64,000 bases of DNA from Octopus sinensis (taxonomy: Eukaryota): assembly GCF_006345805.1 (NCBI RefSeq), contig NC_042999.1, positions 29,264,001 through 29,328,000 on the forward strand, in the 5' to 3' direction. Position numbers and translations under genes: made by a program. This document shows positions 14,145 through 28,000 of the stretch, piece after piece. The notes beneath the pieces were generated by a model. The model worked only from the letters and a program-made list of their open reading frames with translations, did not search any database and had not been told where the DNA came from. Within the stretch, counting starts at the first letter, position 1. Each line of letters opens with the position of its first letter.

Positions 14145-15490
14145 AAACAAGAAAAAAATGCTAAAAACAAGATAATAGGTATCAACACTTTAGCTGTCCC
14201 AGTTATAAGTTACAGCTACAATATCCTTAACTGAACACGAAATGAACTGACCAAAATAGATAGGAAAACAAGAAAAATAATGACAGGATCTAGGATGCAT
14301 CACCCAAAATCTGACATAGAAAGACTATATATACAACGTATAGAAGGTGGTAGAGGCCTTATACAGCTGGAAAACTACTATAAAATAACCACCATAGGAC
14401 TGCCAAAATATCTACTTCAGAAAGAAGGAAAACTGATCCAGATAGCGGCAAAACAAAAAACTGTTCTCAGTATTTAAGGAGGCTGACAAATACAGACAAG
14501 AAATCATACCACCTAATAAACATGAAGAAGAAGAAGAAGATGAAGAAACAACAAAAGCTATAAAACAAATGAAATACAAACTAAAAATAGAACAGCAACG
14601 AACCATGATAAAACGATGGCAAGAAAAGCCCCTTCATGTTAAATACTGGACTAAACTAAACGCAAAAGAAATAGACAAAGAAAAATCCCAGCAATGGTTG
14701 AGAAGCTCAGGACTCAAAGCAGAAACAGAGGGATTTTTAATTGCAGCACAAGACCAAAGCCTCCCAACCAGAAATTACCAAAAACATGTAATGAAAAGAA
14801 ATATTACAAGTAACTGCAGAATATGTGGAGATGGACAAGAAACAATAAATCATATTATCTCTAGCTGCCCAGTCCTGGCTAAGAAGGAATATATTCACAG
14901 ACATGACAAAGTTGGAACCTACATACATTGGAAGCTATGCCAACATTATGGAATAACAAGAGAAAAAAGATGGTATAGGCACAAACCAGAAAAGGTCACA
15001 GAAAACGAGACAGCAACCATACTCTGGGATATGCCGATACACACAGATAGAGAAATTAAGGCCAACAGACCACATATAGTTGTCAGAGACCATGAAGAAA
15101 AAAATGCTTTCTAATTGATGTATCAATACCGGCTGATGACAACGTGTCTCTAAAAGAAATGGAGAAACTCTGAAAATACAAAGACCTGGAAATAGAGGTA
15201 ACTAGAATGTGGAAGCTGAAAACAGAAACAATTCCTATCATAGTAGGTGCATTAGGCACGATAAAAAAATATTCAGACAAATACATAACAAAAACACCAG
15301 GACTTACTTACAAACACATATAACATACAGAAAATTGCACTACTAGGCACTGCATACATCCTACGCAGAACATTTTCCATACAATAACCATCAGAGCATC
15401 ACAACAAATCACAGCACATACCCAAGGCACACAGAGCTGCGCTCGGTAGTGAAGTGAAAGCACGTTATAAAAATGAAACTACTGAATGAT
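14142..15490 (+). mobile_element. 5'-truncated, frameshifted R4/Dong-like element, copy 3
   Basis: Motifs HPKSDIERLYIQRIEGGRGL, WLRSSGLKAETEGFLIAAQDQ, CRICGDGQETINHIISSC and RPHIVVRD. Ends in (AAT)n/(GAT)n. Confidence 0.92.
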
Positions 15491-15518
15491 AATAATAATA
15501 ATAATAATGATAATAATA

Positions 15519-15552
<34 letters not shown>

Positions 15553-16684
15553 CAACAATAATAATGATAATAATTATAATATGAATAGCAATAAAATACC
15601 ATACAGTGGCTCATATGCTCGATACTAACTTAGTGGAAGTCTGATGATAAACATGGGCAACAACAATATACGTCTGAAAACCGCACTGATCTGCTCGTAG
15701 TTGCTTTACCTAAAACAGTTGATCAGGTCTGCTGATATGTGCAACTCCGATCAGGTGGAGTGGAGGTGCTTCATAGCCTTGTTTTCAAAGGGATTGTTTG
15801 GAGTTTCAATGATTTCCTCTCGGAATGTTTTGTGTTTCGTTTATGCTCCTGCAAGAATAATTCATCAGCGACGTTTTGAGCGGGAGTGTCAACTCGACCT
15901 GATGACAATTTGCACTCACCTGCAAGGTTATATGCTGCCTATCTTGATATGCGGTCAATATGTCACATTTTATTACGGTTGTGTCTTGTGTACCCGTAAC
16001 GGAAGTGTTTTCTTGATGTCTGTTGGGCTTCCTATATCATCATGATCATTATCGTCATCATCGTTGTTGTGGATCTTGTTATTTTTATAAAATTGGCTGA
16101 ATTAATGAAGCATCCGAAATAATGGCTCGCGTTATTTGTTCTTTTTCTTTGTTGTGTGAATTGAATCGCGGCTTATTGTAACATTTGTCTCTCATCCCTT
16201 CATCCTTCTCATGATTATCAATTATAATTACGATCACTGCAGTTGAGTTAAGTGGCAAATTTGCATAGATTAAATTATATATCTTGGAACAATATTAGAA
16301 AGAATTATAGTGATGAGCGGATCTCCAGACTCATTACAGCGCCGGTATATTTCAACACGATACTACTTCCGGAACTTTATGTGATAAAATTTATATAATT
16401 TGCTAATCGTAAAATACTGATATTTGTTTGAGATATTTGATATTTCTCACCAAAATAAACACATATATGTAAGTATAAAATACAACGTGATGAATTGCAC
16501 TGATTATATGGAAAGTGATAATAATATTATAATGGAAAGTAGGAAACGAACAGCTACATGCGCTCCGTGCAATCGACAAGGCAAAGCATTACCCATTCGC
16601 AATATGTAGGCATGAGACCTGTAACACTCTCCACCCACACTCACACCATATACCACGCGCGCACACATCTGCCTTATGTATGTA

Positions 16685-17030
16685 TAGGAGTGAATATGTG
16701 GTTAGTAGGTTTCCCACAAACCACATAGTTCCGAATTCAGTCCCAATGCGTGGCACGTTGAGTAGGAGTCTACTGCTATATCCTCGAGTCGTCCAAAACC
16801 TTGTAAGTGGATTTGATAGACAGAGACTGAAAGAAGCACATCGCATGCACACACAAACACACACACACAAATACACATATATATATATATATATATATAT
16901 CTGTGTGGGTGTGTGTGTGTTTGTGTTTATATGTGTATCTGTTTTTGCCCCTAACATCACTTGACAACCGACGTTGGTTTAGTTCCGTCCACGTACCCTA
17001 GCGTTTCGGCAAAATGAACGATAGAATAAT
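16685..17030 (+). mobile_element. tRNA-derived SINE with internal microsatellite (diverged)
   Basis: Aligns by eye to the cleaner copies at 30421-30822 and 45471-45887. Confidence 0.7.
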
Positions 17031-17043
17031 TCCTTAGGTTGAT

Positions 17044-17074
<31 letters not shown>

Positions 17075-18544
17075 CGCACATACACATAGAAAACAGCGTT
17101 TGCAAAATAAACGGTTGAGAATAGGAAACAAATGTAGCATACTCTCAATTGGCAATAGATTAATTACAGTTACCTTTAAGTGGCATGTAAATTAGAGGAT
17201 TTTGAAGTGAAATAAATATGTGTGTATACCGATATATATCCATTTTGGCGACCAATTGAGATGCATACTGGATTCAGAGTAGTAGTGTTTATTTATTTTT
17301 GTTCGCGTGCACGATTTATTTTGATTCTCTTTCCTATAAATACGAACGGAGCAAAAAACTGAAGCCAATTTGTTAAGAAAACAGTCTTTCCTGCATGTTC
17401 AGATAACAGTAAACGAAATAGTTGTTACTCGATCACGAGATTTAGACTGGGAGCTTATCAGATACCATTTTCGAGTAATATGAATTTTAGGTGACAGCAA
17501 ATTTAGAACAAGCAAGATTTTGAGTGAAACCTAATTAAACTGTTGTCGGCTATTCAGTCGTATGTTTACATTAAGAGAAAAAAGGCAAAGTGCATTTAAT
17601 ATTTTGCTTTCATATGCCTAGGGAATATCGCTAACATGAATTCTTGCCAAAGTACTTATTTGAAACAAAAAAGGGCAATTATTTCAAAGAACAGTCAAAG
17701 TAAGCAATTAATGATAAGAAGTATTAATGAAATATGTTTTATCATACAAATTGAATATGGCATAATTCTCTTCCTCGTGATTGCAAGAGACTTTCGTTAT
17801 TCATTTTGTTTGCAACCACTCTGATTTAAGTTCGAGAAATAATGAAAGTTTGCTGTAATGAAATGATTCAATTCCGATGTAAAATTCAAGAAATAAATAT
17901 CTTGTTATTTCTTACAGCTTATTGCAATCAGCCGCAAAGATATCTACGAAATAGTAAGTATGGCTTCAAAAAAGAAATGGTATTGTCACTCGGATATATT
18001 GCATGTCTGTTGCATATGTATTTGCGTTCCTAACAATCTTTGAATAAGTGTTTTTCACAAATTCTTTACTCTTCAGAGATTCTATGGTTATTTGTAATTA
18101 GAATTGTTATAACGCTATATAAAGCGGTATTTACTATCGGAAGTGTAATTAATATACGTGGTAAATATCAGGTCACGAGATAATATTAAATATGTGATAC
18201 AAAGAATTATATGAAAATATAGAAGGTGATTGCCCCAGAAGCTATACATTTTGAAAATATGTATTTAAATATATTTTCCTACAGTCAGTGATGTATATTT
18301 CGCTAATACTCGTTATATATGTTTCAATGTATATATTATATTCTCTAAATAATTCTCAAGCACACGCGCAGTTCAAGTAATATTGGTATAATAAACTATA
18401 GCATTTCAGTTTTATAACTACCGATTACCAGCACACGGTAACACATGTATACAGACACATACACACACACACACACACACGCACACAAACACACATATAT
18501 AATAGAGCTCCAATAATGGGAAACCTTAAAAAGACTTTATCATG

Positions 18545-18765
18545 AGCTGGCAGAAACGTTAGCTCGCCGAGCGAAATGCGTTGCCATATTTCGTCTGCAG
18601 TTACGTTCTGGGTTCAAATTCCGCCGAGGTCGACTTTGCCTTTTATCCTTTCGGGGTCGATGTATTAACTACCAGTTACGCACTGAGGTCAATCTAATCG
18701 ACTTATTCCGTTTGTCTGTCCTTGTTTGTCCCCTCTATGTTTAGCCCGTTGTGGGTAGTAAAAAA
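18545..18765 (+). mobile_element. SINE (GAGCTGGCAGAAACGTTAGC head; GTCGACTTTGCCTTT..CCTTTCGGGGTCGAT core)
   Basis: B-box-like GGTTCAAATTCC. The core recurs at 37325-37495, 42655-43020 and 52465-52640. Confidence 0.75.
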
Positions 18766-20012
18766 TATATCATACATCTCCTAAGGCTGCAGTTAGACAA
18801 TGAAAACCAGAAAACAGATAATGTAATGCAGTGTGGTCCTTACGAATTACTCCCCCCCCCAAAATTTTTTAAAAAAGGCATATTGCTAGTTACCCATCCA
18901 AATTTAGTGAAAATCATTCCAGATATTGCTGGAAGATAAGTGTTAAGAATGTTGCATAAAAACTGTAATGTATATAATAGCAGACATCAGGATAGTTTGT
19001 TGCCTTGCGGATAAGTATATACGCCACCTACTGTACCTCCAGAGTACATTTGAGATCACTCTGAATGGGATTCACATGAAATAGAGTGCTTATATCTGAA
19101 TATAAATTTAGAATTTTCCAAGTAAGGCAATGCATTGTTTGACAGATATTAGACAAGGCATTTGTTGAATCATTTATACACTAAAATTCAATCGTATCAT
19201 AACATCGTCAAAATTATCTGGAAAATACAGAACGTAACGTTATCGTGATTGTACGGAGTACATGAAAACGAAAGTTGCAATGGAAGCGATAAGATCAAAA
19301 GAAACCCCAATACTATGAGTACAAATATACACTATGAATTGGTTCCTAACATATTTTTTTGTAAGCGCAAACACGGTTAACCATAGATACACAAAATACA
19401 CACGCAACTGCACACGAACACCCACATACAAATATGGGGTATATATATATATATATATATAGACATACGTGTGCGCGCAGATACACACTCACACGCACAC
19501 ACACATACATACACATATAGAATATGAGGGGTTTCGTTCGCTGTTGAACTAAACGATTAGGTGCGCTGAATAAGTTGTATAATTGGTTATTCGTTATATT
19601 GCAAATTCACAGCTGAGACTGGTGCTAGAGATCTGTATTAGGCTTTCTTGTTAGCAGGTACATATTAGAGGAAGAGGCATAAAAAGCCTAGGATGGATGA
19701 GTATATGAAATCTTACAGCTGAATCTGGGATATCTCAAGTGATACGCTTGCATGTATGTACACTAGGTAAACCGTCATCAGAGACATGCGGAGTATGTAC
19801 GAAACTTCCAGACCGATATTTGCAGCTTATAATGTATAAAACAGAATAAAGTTCGGAGTTTATTATTTACCAGACGTCGGCCCGAATTTCCGTGAAAGTA
19901 GTGGCCCAACTACATTTACTTTTACTCTTAAGTCATATATTTTAGTCCTTATCAACTTTTCTCTGATGAGTTGACTACTCATAAACAAGGTTTGCATTGA
20001 AACGCACACAGA

Positions 20013-20057
<45 letters not shown>

Positions 20058-20635
20058 GTGTGTGTGTGTGTGTATGTGCATACAAATACTGAATGCATAT
20101 ACATATTAAAAGAGATGATGGCAAAAAATAAAGAATGAGAATCATTCTAAGATGTAACTACTGATATGTATATGTAGAGGTACAGAAAAAAGTCCATATA
20201 TTTATCAGTAGGGATATAAGTACACATACACCTAGTCACTAAAGTAAACATCCTCAGATAAAATATCCATACAGACAACACGCCTATACATACGACCATA
20301 TACATATATACATGCGTATATACATGCATATACATATACATAGGTACAGAGATACATACGTACAAACACACAGACACACACACACAGTAAGTACAGGACA
20401 TCACCAACGTCTGAGAAATACATAGACATATAAGAGGAGACAAGTAGTTGTCTCGTTCTTCTTCATTGTTATATGTTCTCTTATTTTTCAATTGTTGGTG
20501 ATGTTCTCCACTTAATGTCTATATTTTTATTTACTTAAAACTGAACGCCATACAGCCTTGCCCACAGTAAGTTCTTACATCCATCTATCCATACATACAT
20601 ACATGCATAATTATAAACACACACACACACACACA

Positions 20636-20672
<37 letters not shown>

Positions 20673-20699
20673 TAGAAATAATATTATTATTCCCTCAAT

Positions 20700-21375
20700 T
20701 GCGGAATTAATGTTATTTTGCGGTTGAAGCTTTGGCTGTTATTTCTAGTGGGTGAATGGCCTATTATGGCCGTTCCTTGATTGTGATGTTGAACTTATAA
20801 ATGGTCTATGACTATTTAATTTTTTCCCACTAGGCCGCTGGTGGCAAAAAAATTCTACAAAATGTTTGCCACCCTATATTGATTAATTATGAATTTTCTG
20901 GTTAATTCCGTAATGGAATCGGCGGCTTATATTTATTTGCTGCCGATAAATTTGGCGCGAGTGCGATGATTTGAAAATTTTAGGTCAGATATTGCCGAGG
21001 CAGGGATAGAAGTGCCTCGTGAAAATATCTGTTCCGATCTGGCTGTTTCTTACTGACGAATCTATCGGCCTATGGAAGATTGGCTTCATTTAATTTAATC
21101 AGGTTAGTTTACCATTGAACAATAGATGAAACGGTGCATCGTATAAGAAATTACAGGGTAAATGTTTTTTTAATTTTCTCCTGGTTTGCGGAATTAATGT
21201 TATTTTGCGGTTGAAGCTTTGGCTGTTATTTCTAGTGGGTGAATGGCCTATTATGGCCGTTCCTTGATTGTGATGTTGAACTTATAAATGGTCTATGACT
21301 ATTTAATTTTTTCCCACTAGGCCGCTGGTGGCAAAAAAATTCTACAAAATTTGTTGCCACCCTATATTGATTAAT
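20700..21375 (+). mobile_element. Non-coding ~488-bp tandem unit (1.4 copies) with a hammerhead ribozyme; retrozyme- or pLTR-like
   Basis: 20700-20887 is repeated almost exactly at 21187-21375. The intervening DNA holds an intact hammerhead. (TA)n lies on both flanks and there is no ORF. Confidence 0.75.
21046..21150 (+). ncRNA. Type I hammerhead ribozyme, family 3
   Basis: TTTCTTA-CTGACGA-ATCTAT-(56 nt)-ATAGAT-GAAAC-GGTGCATC-GTA-TAAGAAA. Perfect 7-bp stem I, 6-bp stem II, short stem III with TGCA loop. Predicted cleavage after 21143. Confidence 0.82.
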
Positions 21376-21383
21376 ATATATAT

Positions 21384-21429
<46 letters not shown>

Positions 21430-21652
21430 TGTGTGTGTATATGTGTGTGTGTCTGTGTTTGTCCCCCTAGCATTGCTTGACAACCGATGCTGGTGTGTTT
21501 ACGTCCCCGTTACTTAGCGGTTCGGCAAAAGAGACCGATAGAATAAGTACTGGGCTTACAAAGAATAAGTTCCGGGGTCAATTTGCTCGACTAAAGGTGG
21601 TGCTCCGGCATGGCCGCAGTCAAATGACTGAAACAAGTAAAAGAGTAAGGAG

Positions 21653-21655
<3 letters not shown>
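21430..21655 (+). mobile_element. SINE 3' half
   Basis: Matches the 3' half of 30421-30822 (TTGACAACCGATGCTGGTGTGTTTACGTCCCC...CATGGCCGCAGTCAAATGACTGAAACAAGTAAAAGAG). Confidence 0.85.
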
Positions 21656-21692
<37 letters not shown>

Positions 21693-21815
21693 GAATATAA
21701 GGATAAATATCGTTTTAATGATATTTACCAAGTCGTTAGCTTGATATATAAAATTATAGCCAATTAATACATGAAATTGTACATATTTATATAATTATAA
21801 TGATATAATTATACG

Positions 21816-21871
<56 letters not shown>

Positions 21872-22099
21872 TGTGTGTTCACGCGTGCGCATATGTTTGT
21901 GTGTCTGCGCAGTGTCGGTTTTTGGTTTTGTCGACTGCCCCGGAGATTAGGGTCAGATGGGAAACATCCGGGCGTAAAATAACTCCAGGGTGTAATTCAC
22001 ACTACCAGAAATTCGGAAATGACCTTTTCTTTTGCTTGGCACTCGGGCCGGAAGCTTTATTACAAACATTTCAGTATTCTTGATTGTCAATTTGGGGAC

Positions 22100-22610
22100 G
22101 GTTCATATACCGAGACTGATAAATATCAAAACTCCAGTCAACATTACGGTATTTTGCGTGATCACTAGTGATGGCGAGATTATACATCCATTCATCTTCC
22201 CTTATGACATCACACTCAAAGCAGAGGCTTGCATCAAGTGCCTGCAGGAGGAAGTGCTGTCGTATGTCAAGAGGGAGGCTTCTGGAAGACCATTTATATC
22301 TGGCAACAGGACTCTACACGAAGCGACACAAGCAGGAGAACGCAGTCATATCTGTCAGACAATTTCTGCGAACACATCACCCCTAACGTCTGGCCACCTA
22401 ACTCCTCAGAATACAAACTCCTTTATGTGTGGTGTGTAAAACCAAAGACGAACTAAAAGCAAGGGTTATTGCAGCATTCACCACCTCAAACAAGGAAACG
22501 GTCAAGGAGAGTTGTAAATGATTCCGAAGTCGTCTTGAGCCCGTGGTGGAAGCCAATGGCGATTTTATTGGTAATTCAAAATATGCTTATGCACTTTTGT
22601 TAAATATATC
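22100..22610 (+). mobile_element. Decayed IS630-Tc1-mariner transposase C-terminal fragment (DD37D/maT-like)
   Basis: Frames give VFCVITSDGEIIHPFIFP and YIWQQDSTRSDTSRRTQSYLSDNFCEHITPNVWPPNSSE, degenerate forms of QQDSAP.H and WPPNSPD motifs. Confidence 0.7.
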
Positions 22611-22675
22611 TATTAAAATAAAATGTCAGTCTTATTTTCATTTTTGTAAAATTTAGACTCCAATATACTCATCCC

Positions 22676-22759
<84 letters not shown>

Positions 22760-23023
22760 AATCCAAACAAGAGTGGAGTAATGGAAAGAATGGAATTCAA
22801 AATGCACAGAGAATATATCACAATTAATGCGAATTTAATGGTATTTTAAAATATCGTATACACTTAACAGGTTGCACATTAGATTTTTGAAATGTGTAAG
22901 GTGCTGGCTTCCAAATTATGTTCATTGTGGCAACTGTTACAAAGTAAGATTTTTTTTAACGTAAGGATATCTATCTGCCTGTATGTCTTTTTGTCTATCT
23001 GTCCAACCGTCTGTCTCTCTCTC

Positions 23024-23100
<77 letters not shown>

Positions 23101-25092
23101 GCATAGGTGTAAGTTTATGCGAGTACGTTTCTCTGTCTGTGTGTGAATATTTCCGTGCATTATTGCTGTTTGATTTAACTCCGAATTAATTTAACATACT
23201 ATTCAATTACTACAATTATGGGAATGTACATTTTGTTTCACTAATTTTTTGCAGGCGGAAACACTTAGTTTTCGGTTTTACCTCAAGAAGTTTCTTTCAT
23301 TTTTTTGCCAATTCTTGTTGACCATTCGACTGTATTTGAAACTATTAACTTTCAAAACATCAATGGTTATCCAGGAACATTTCTAACGAAAATCGGATTG
23401 GAAATTATCAACAAGAGAAGACTGCATTATGGAACGGATGCAGTGGAAGAAAGTCGGTGAAGGATTATGGAGATAGAAAGAAAAAAGCAAAATAAGGAAT
23501 AATGCAAATGAAAATTAATAAAGAAAAGAACGAAGTCTGATGGAAGTTCAGAAAGAATAAATGTAAAATGAAAACTAAAAATAGAAGCGAGAGAAAGGCG
23601 AATCAAAGGATCGAAGAAAGAAGCAATATCACAGACAAGTAAAAGAAACAAAAAACATGAAATTTAGAAAAAAATGAAGAAAGTGAAAATAAATTCCGTC
23701 GGTTTAATGAAATGTATATGCTTTAATGATTAATGAAGTTGAAATGGAAGCAGTAACGGGGAGGTAGTGATTGAGCGGGATAGGGGGAGAGAAAAAGCGA
23801 GTTTAGGATTGGCTGAAATAAAAGCAAAGAAAATCTTGAAAAGAAAAGCTAATGGGAATGTCGGTGATTCAAAACGCATTTTATATGAGGCAACATTTTG
23901 GCAGGAAATGCTTCATTCCGGTATCTTAGAAATACCAAACAAAATTTGACTTCCCATAAATCTTTCATTGCTCAAATGTCAAATAACTCCACTGTCTTTT
24001 ATTTTGTTATTGTATTTCATTTTATATTAGTAATTTATGTGTATATATTACTAAATATTGTGTTCGTTCTTTTTATTAGTGTTGTTGGTGAATTCGAAAT
24101 TTGCTGCTTTGCCTTTCTCGGGTGCTTTCTGTTTAGTTGTTTGGAAGATTTGGTAGTCAATATTTCATGAGAATATGTATGTTTAATCGTCTAAAAATTT
24201 GGAAGATGAGAAGATTCTAGAAATATATGAAATACGTTTTAGCCTGTCATAGGGTCTTAATGTAGATTTTTCTAAATACTCTTTATGAAATTTCATTCTA
24301 GTTAGATTTTCAATATTCATTCTCGCTTTCAATGCAACAACTCTCTAACACCATTAACCGATACGAAGCAATTCATATGCTTTATTATAACTAGAAATCA
24401 CAGTAGTTTATTCATCATAAAGTGTGTATGTGCTTGTGAGTATGCGAAAGAGTGAGAGAGAGAGAGAGAGAGAAATCGAGATAGATAGAGAGAGAGTGAG
24501 AAACAGAGAAAGAGAGTCGGCGGGCGTGTGTCGCGTTTCTGGTTGATTATATCATCCAAGATGTACCAGCTTTTGTAAAGAGTATGGTGGAATTTTGCTT
24601 ACTTTTCCATTTGAATATATTACAAACACGTGAGTGTCCTATTGAAAGCATCTACAAGAATAGGGAACATTATCCTCAAAATCAAGCACCTGACTAAAAT
24701 TCTCGCGTCAGATTTAAATATGTTACCGTCTCACAAGTGCCAGCGTTTTATCATATCTGAACACGGCTGAATATGACTGCTGCTGGAAAATGTCTTGCAG
24801 AACAACTTGCACAAGTCGATGGATTTTCGGCTATAGCAACATTTCACGTAAAAATACGACAGATTATAGAGAAGAGAAATATTAAGAGAGGGGAATTGGC
24901 ATGTATCCCAAATAATTACCAGGATTTTATTCTTCTACAAGAAAACAAGCCATGTCTAATTGAAGCAATATCGGCAAAAACCACGAAAAGTCTAAAACAT
25001 ATACAGCGAGATATGCTATTCAAAGCATTCATTAAATATTGCAATGAAGAGGAAATATACTAGGACTGCGTAAGATCCTAACATGTATATAT

Positions 25093-28000
25093 CAGTGGCG
25101 TGCGGTGACTTCCGGCGTTGGGCATGCAATTAATTTCATTGCCCCCCCCCCGGCAATTTTTCAGTAAAACATTTTCGTATTCCTACGATTTACATATAAG
25201 AGATTCTGAATATGCAGAATAAACAGGGAATAAAAAATGGCTGTGCAGAGATGATCCTGAAATAAGTGTATTGTTTGTATTATTCTTTGCTCTTCGAAAC
25301 GTCAGTACTTTCCCATCATCATTCTCCCTTAGAAAAGTCTAAAAATCATAAGTGAAATGTAATAAAGATGAAATTGGATTCTGTCAATATTTTTGCATAT
25401 TCAGAATCTCTGTTAAAGGTAGGAATCCGAAAAAAAATTTTCACATAAATTCGTTTTTCAAAGGGGTGCGATTCTGCATTAGCCCCTATACCTATCGGTT
25501 GAGCTGAATGAAATGATTTAATTAAAAGAACACATTTAGTTACATTATATGGCCATGGTTTTAGATCGTTACGCTCTCGAAGACAAGTCAGGTTCTTTGT
25601 CATGCTACTTGTCAATTCCGGGAAAATTATTGACTGTTCTGAGACTTACTGAACTCCGTACATTAAAGGACTACGTCTCACGCACAAACATTGAAAATAC
25701 ACGCATATACATGAATACGCACACAATGAAAGACAGCGAAAATTCAACATTGTAAAAAGCCTCCCAAAACTGTTGTGGCAGAAGTCAACATCTCTGAGAT
25801 TGAAACAAGACACTTATTGAAAGTGAAAGAAAACACTTATTTACGGCCGTAAATAGACTACACCCAGCAGCACAGAATGGGAAATCTATGTAGGTAGGTT
25901 TCACAAAGAAATCAAAACATTTCTCCTGCGAAACAATACTGATGTAAGAAGGTCGAACCTTACGTTATAACAAACACTAAGCAAAACCTGTAATATATGC
26001 TCTTTAATATATATATTTTTTAATGTTTTAAAATGTTACTTAGCTCATTTATAAATTAATGCAATTCTTCGATCTTTCTGGGCAAATATATCTATCACAT
26101 TTTCATAGAAATCTTCTCTTTTCATCAATTCTTGTAATAAATCTTTTTCAATTGACATTAGTGCTAACCCAGACAGTCTTCTTTCTCCTGTCGCATTTCT
26201 TTGGTATGTTTTAATTCTACTTAATGCAGAAAAGGATCGCTCTACAGAAGCAGTGGTAGACGGAATTGTCAAAATCAACTTGCACAGATTGAAGAGTTCT
26301 GGCATAGCTTCAACAAGATCAGTGCTGTTAATGTAACTCATTAAATGACTTACAATTGTTTTTTTAAAATCTTTCATTGAATACATCACATTGAGCTCAC
26401 TTTGTAATCGTATTACATCAAAAAATCTGCGATAAGTTGTTCTTAAAGAATCTAAAGAGTCCACAGGAAATTGTTTGCAATACTCATCAACTTTGTTGAA
26501 ATTCAAAAGTTCCATGAATTTCAACTCTTCTAAGGATGAATATCGTGCTTTTATTTGGTCAACTTTTGTACTTATAATTTTGTTATAAAGCGTTCTATAA
26601 TGTCGTTGGGGATCAATAGATATATTCTTGGATCTCTGAATTCCGATTCCTGCATCGACTCCATATTTTTCCCCTAACCTATCATAAAAGACTGAAAAAT
26701 TATCAAGTTTGTTTTCGAGTACAGTTCTAGTTTTATCTATTTGCTGTTTACAATACACTATGTCATGACTTTTACTCTGGAGTATGTTAAATAAGACGTC
26801 AGTAAAAGAAAAAAATGTCACTGAATACCTCTAACAAAAATAAGAAATCAGGAGCTTTTAAAGTGTGTAAGAATCCAATTGCTGAATTTATGGTGGTCTC
26901 ATCCCATGCTTCAGGATTTTCAATGATGTGTTCAAAAAGGCTGATTATGAAATTATAATTTTCCTTTGTGGTAATAATAAGACGTGAGGAGAAATTCCAT
27001 CTAGTTGCTGTTGCTTTCGGAAATCTTTTTTTAACAATATTATCTAATGCATTAGTCCTTTTCGGTGATTTCGTAAAAAATGTACCGAGTCCATTTATTG
27101 TAGAAAAAAATATCTTGCATTCTTTCATAGCAGAGCATGATTGTGAAAGAACTAAATTTAGGATATGGGCACGACAATGATTAAAGATCGCACATTCATA
27201 TTTCTTTCTTACTTTTGCCTGTAACCCATTTAGTTGTTCTGCCATTGTAGCGGCACCATCATATGTCTGCGCAATCAATTTGTTTCCACATTCCCACGTC
27301 TCAATGCATTTAAAAACATGTTCAGATAAAGCATTTGCAGATCGATCTGCACTAACATCACTAAAACCGATAAATCGTTCTTTCGTCACACAGTCTTCTG
27401 TAGCATAACGTAAAACTGTTGACAGTTGTGAAGATGCTGAGACATCAGATGTCTCATCAACAAGAATAGAAACAAACTTAGCTTGGTCAATTTCCTTCTG
27501 CATCTCATTCAACATAACTTTATGAATTGCTTCGATCAAGTCATTTTGAATTCTGTGCGACAGACCAGTGAAGATAGAAGCTGTATCTAAATGACATTCC
27601 ATTTGTTTGTCATACTTACTGATCAAATAAACGAGTTCTTTATAATTTCCCCGATTATTAGAGCCTTCAGATTCAAAATGACCCCGAAACGATAATTCCT
27701 GGAGGCCTAAAAAAATAACAACATCGATCAATCGTTGCAGAATGGATCTGTTTCGTCGAACTTTCTCATTATGCTGTTGTATGCTTTGATTTTTACGTGC
27801 ATCTAATTGTAAGTCTATGCGAACATTCCCGAATATTTTAAGGTCTATCAAACATTTTATATGCCTTTGAGAACGCTCGTGCTTTAGCATAGCCATATGT
27901 AAATTATTTAAATCATCATAGCCTTTATCATTCCAAACATTTTTTTCTAAGCCAAAAAGTAAACACGGCCAACAGAATAATTTATTAAGAGCAACACTTC

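Noticed and set aside
11947-15590. Regularly interspaced repeats suggestive of a CRISPR-like array
   Set aside because: The repeats are AAT microsatellites and the spacers are kilobase retrotransposon fragments; no cas genes, eukaryotic context.
15640-15900. CTGATGA motifs on both strands
   Set aside because: Stems II and III cannot be formed and there is no NUH triplet in register.
24773-25063. 96-aa ORF ending just before the hAT TSD
   Set aside because: Protein-like composition but no motif recognised and no other support.
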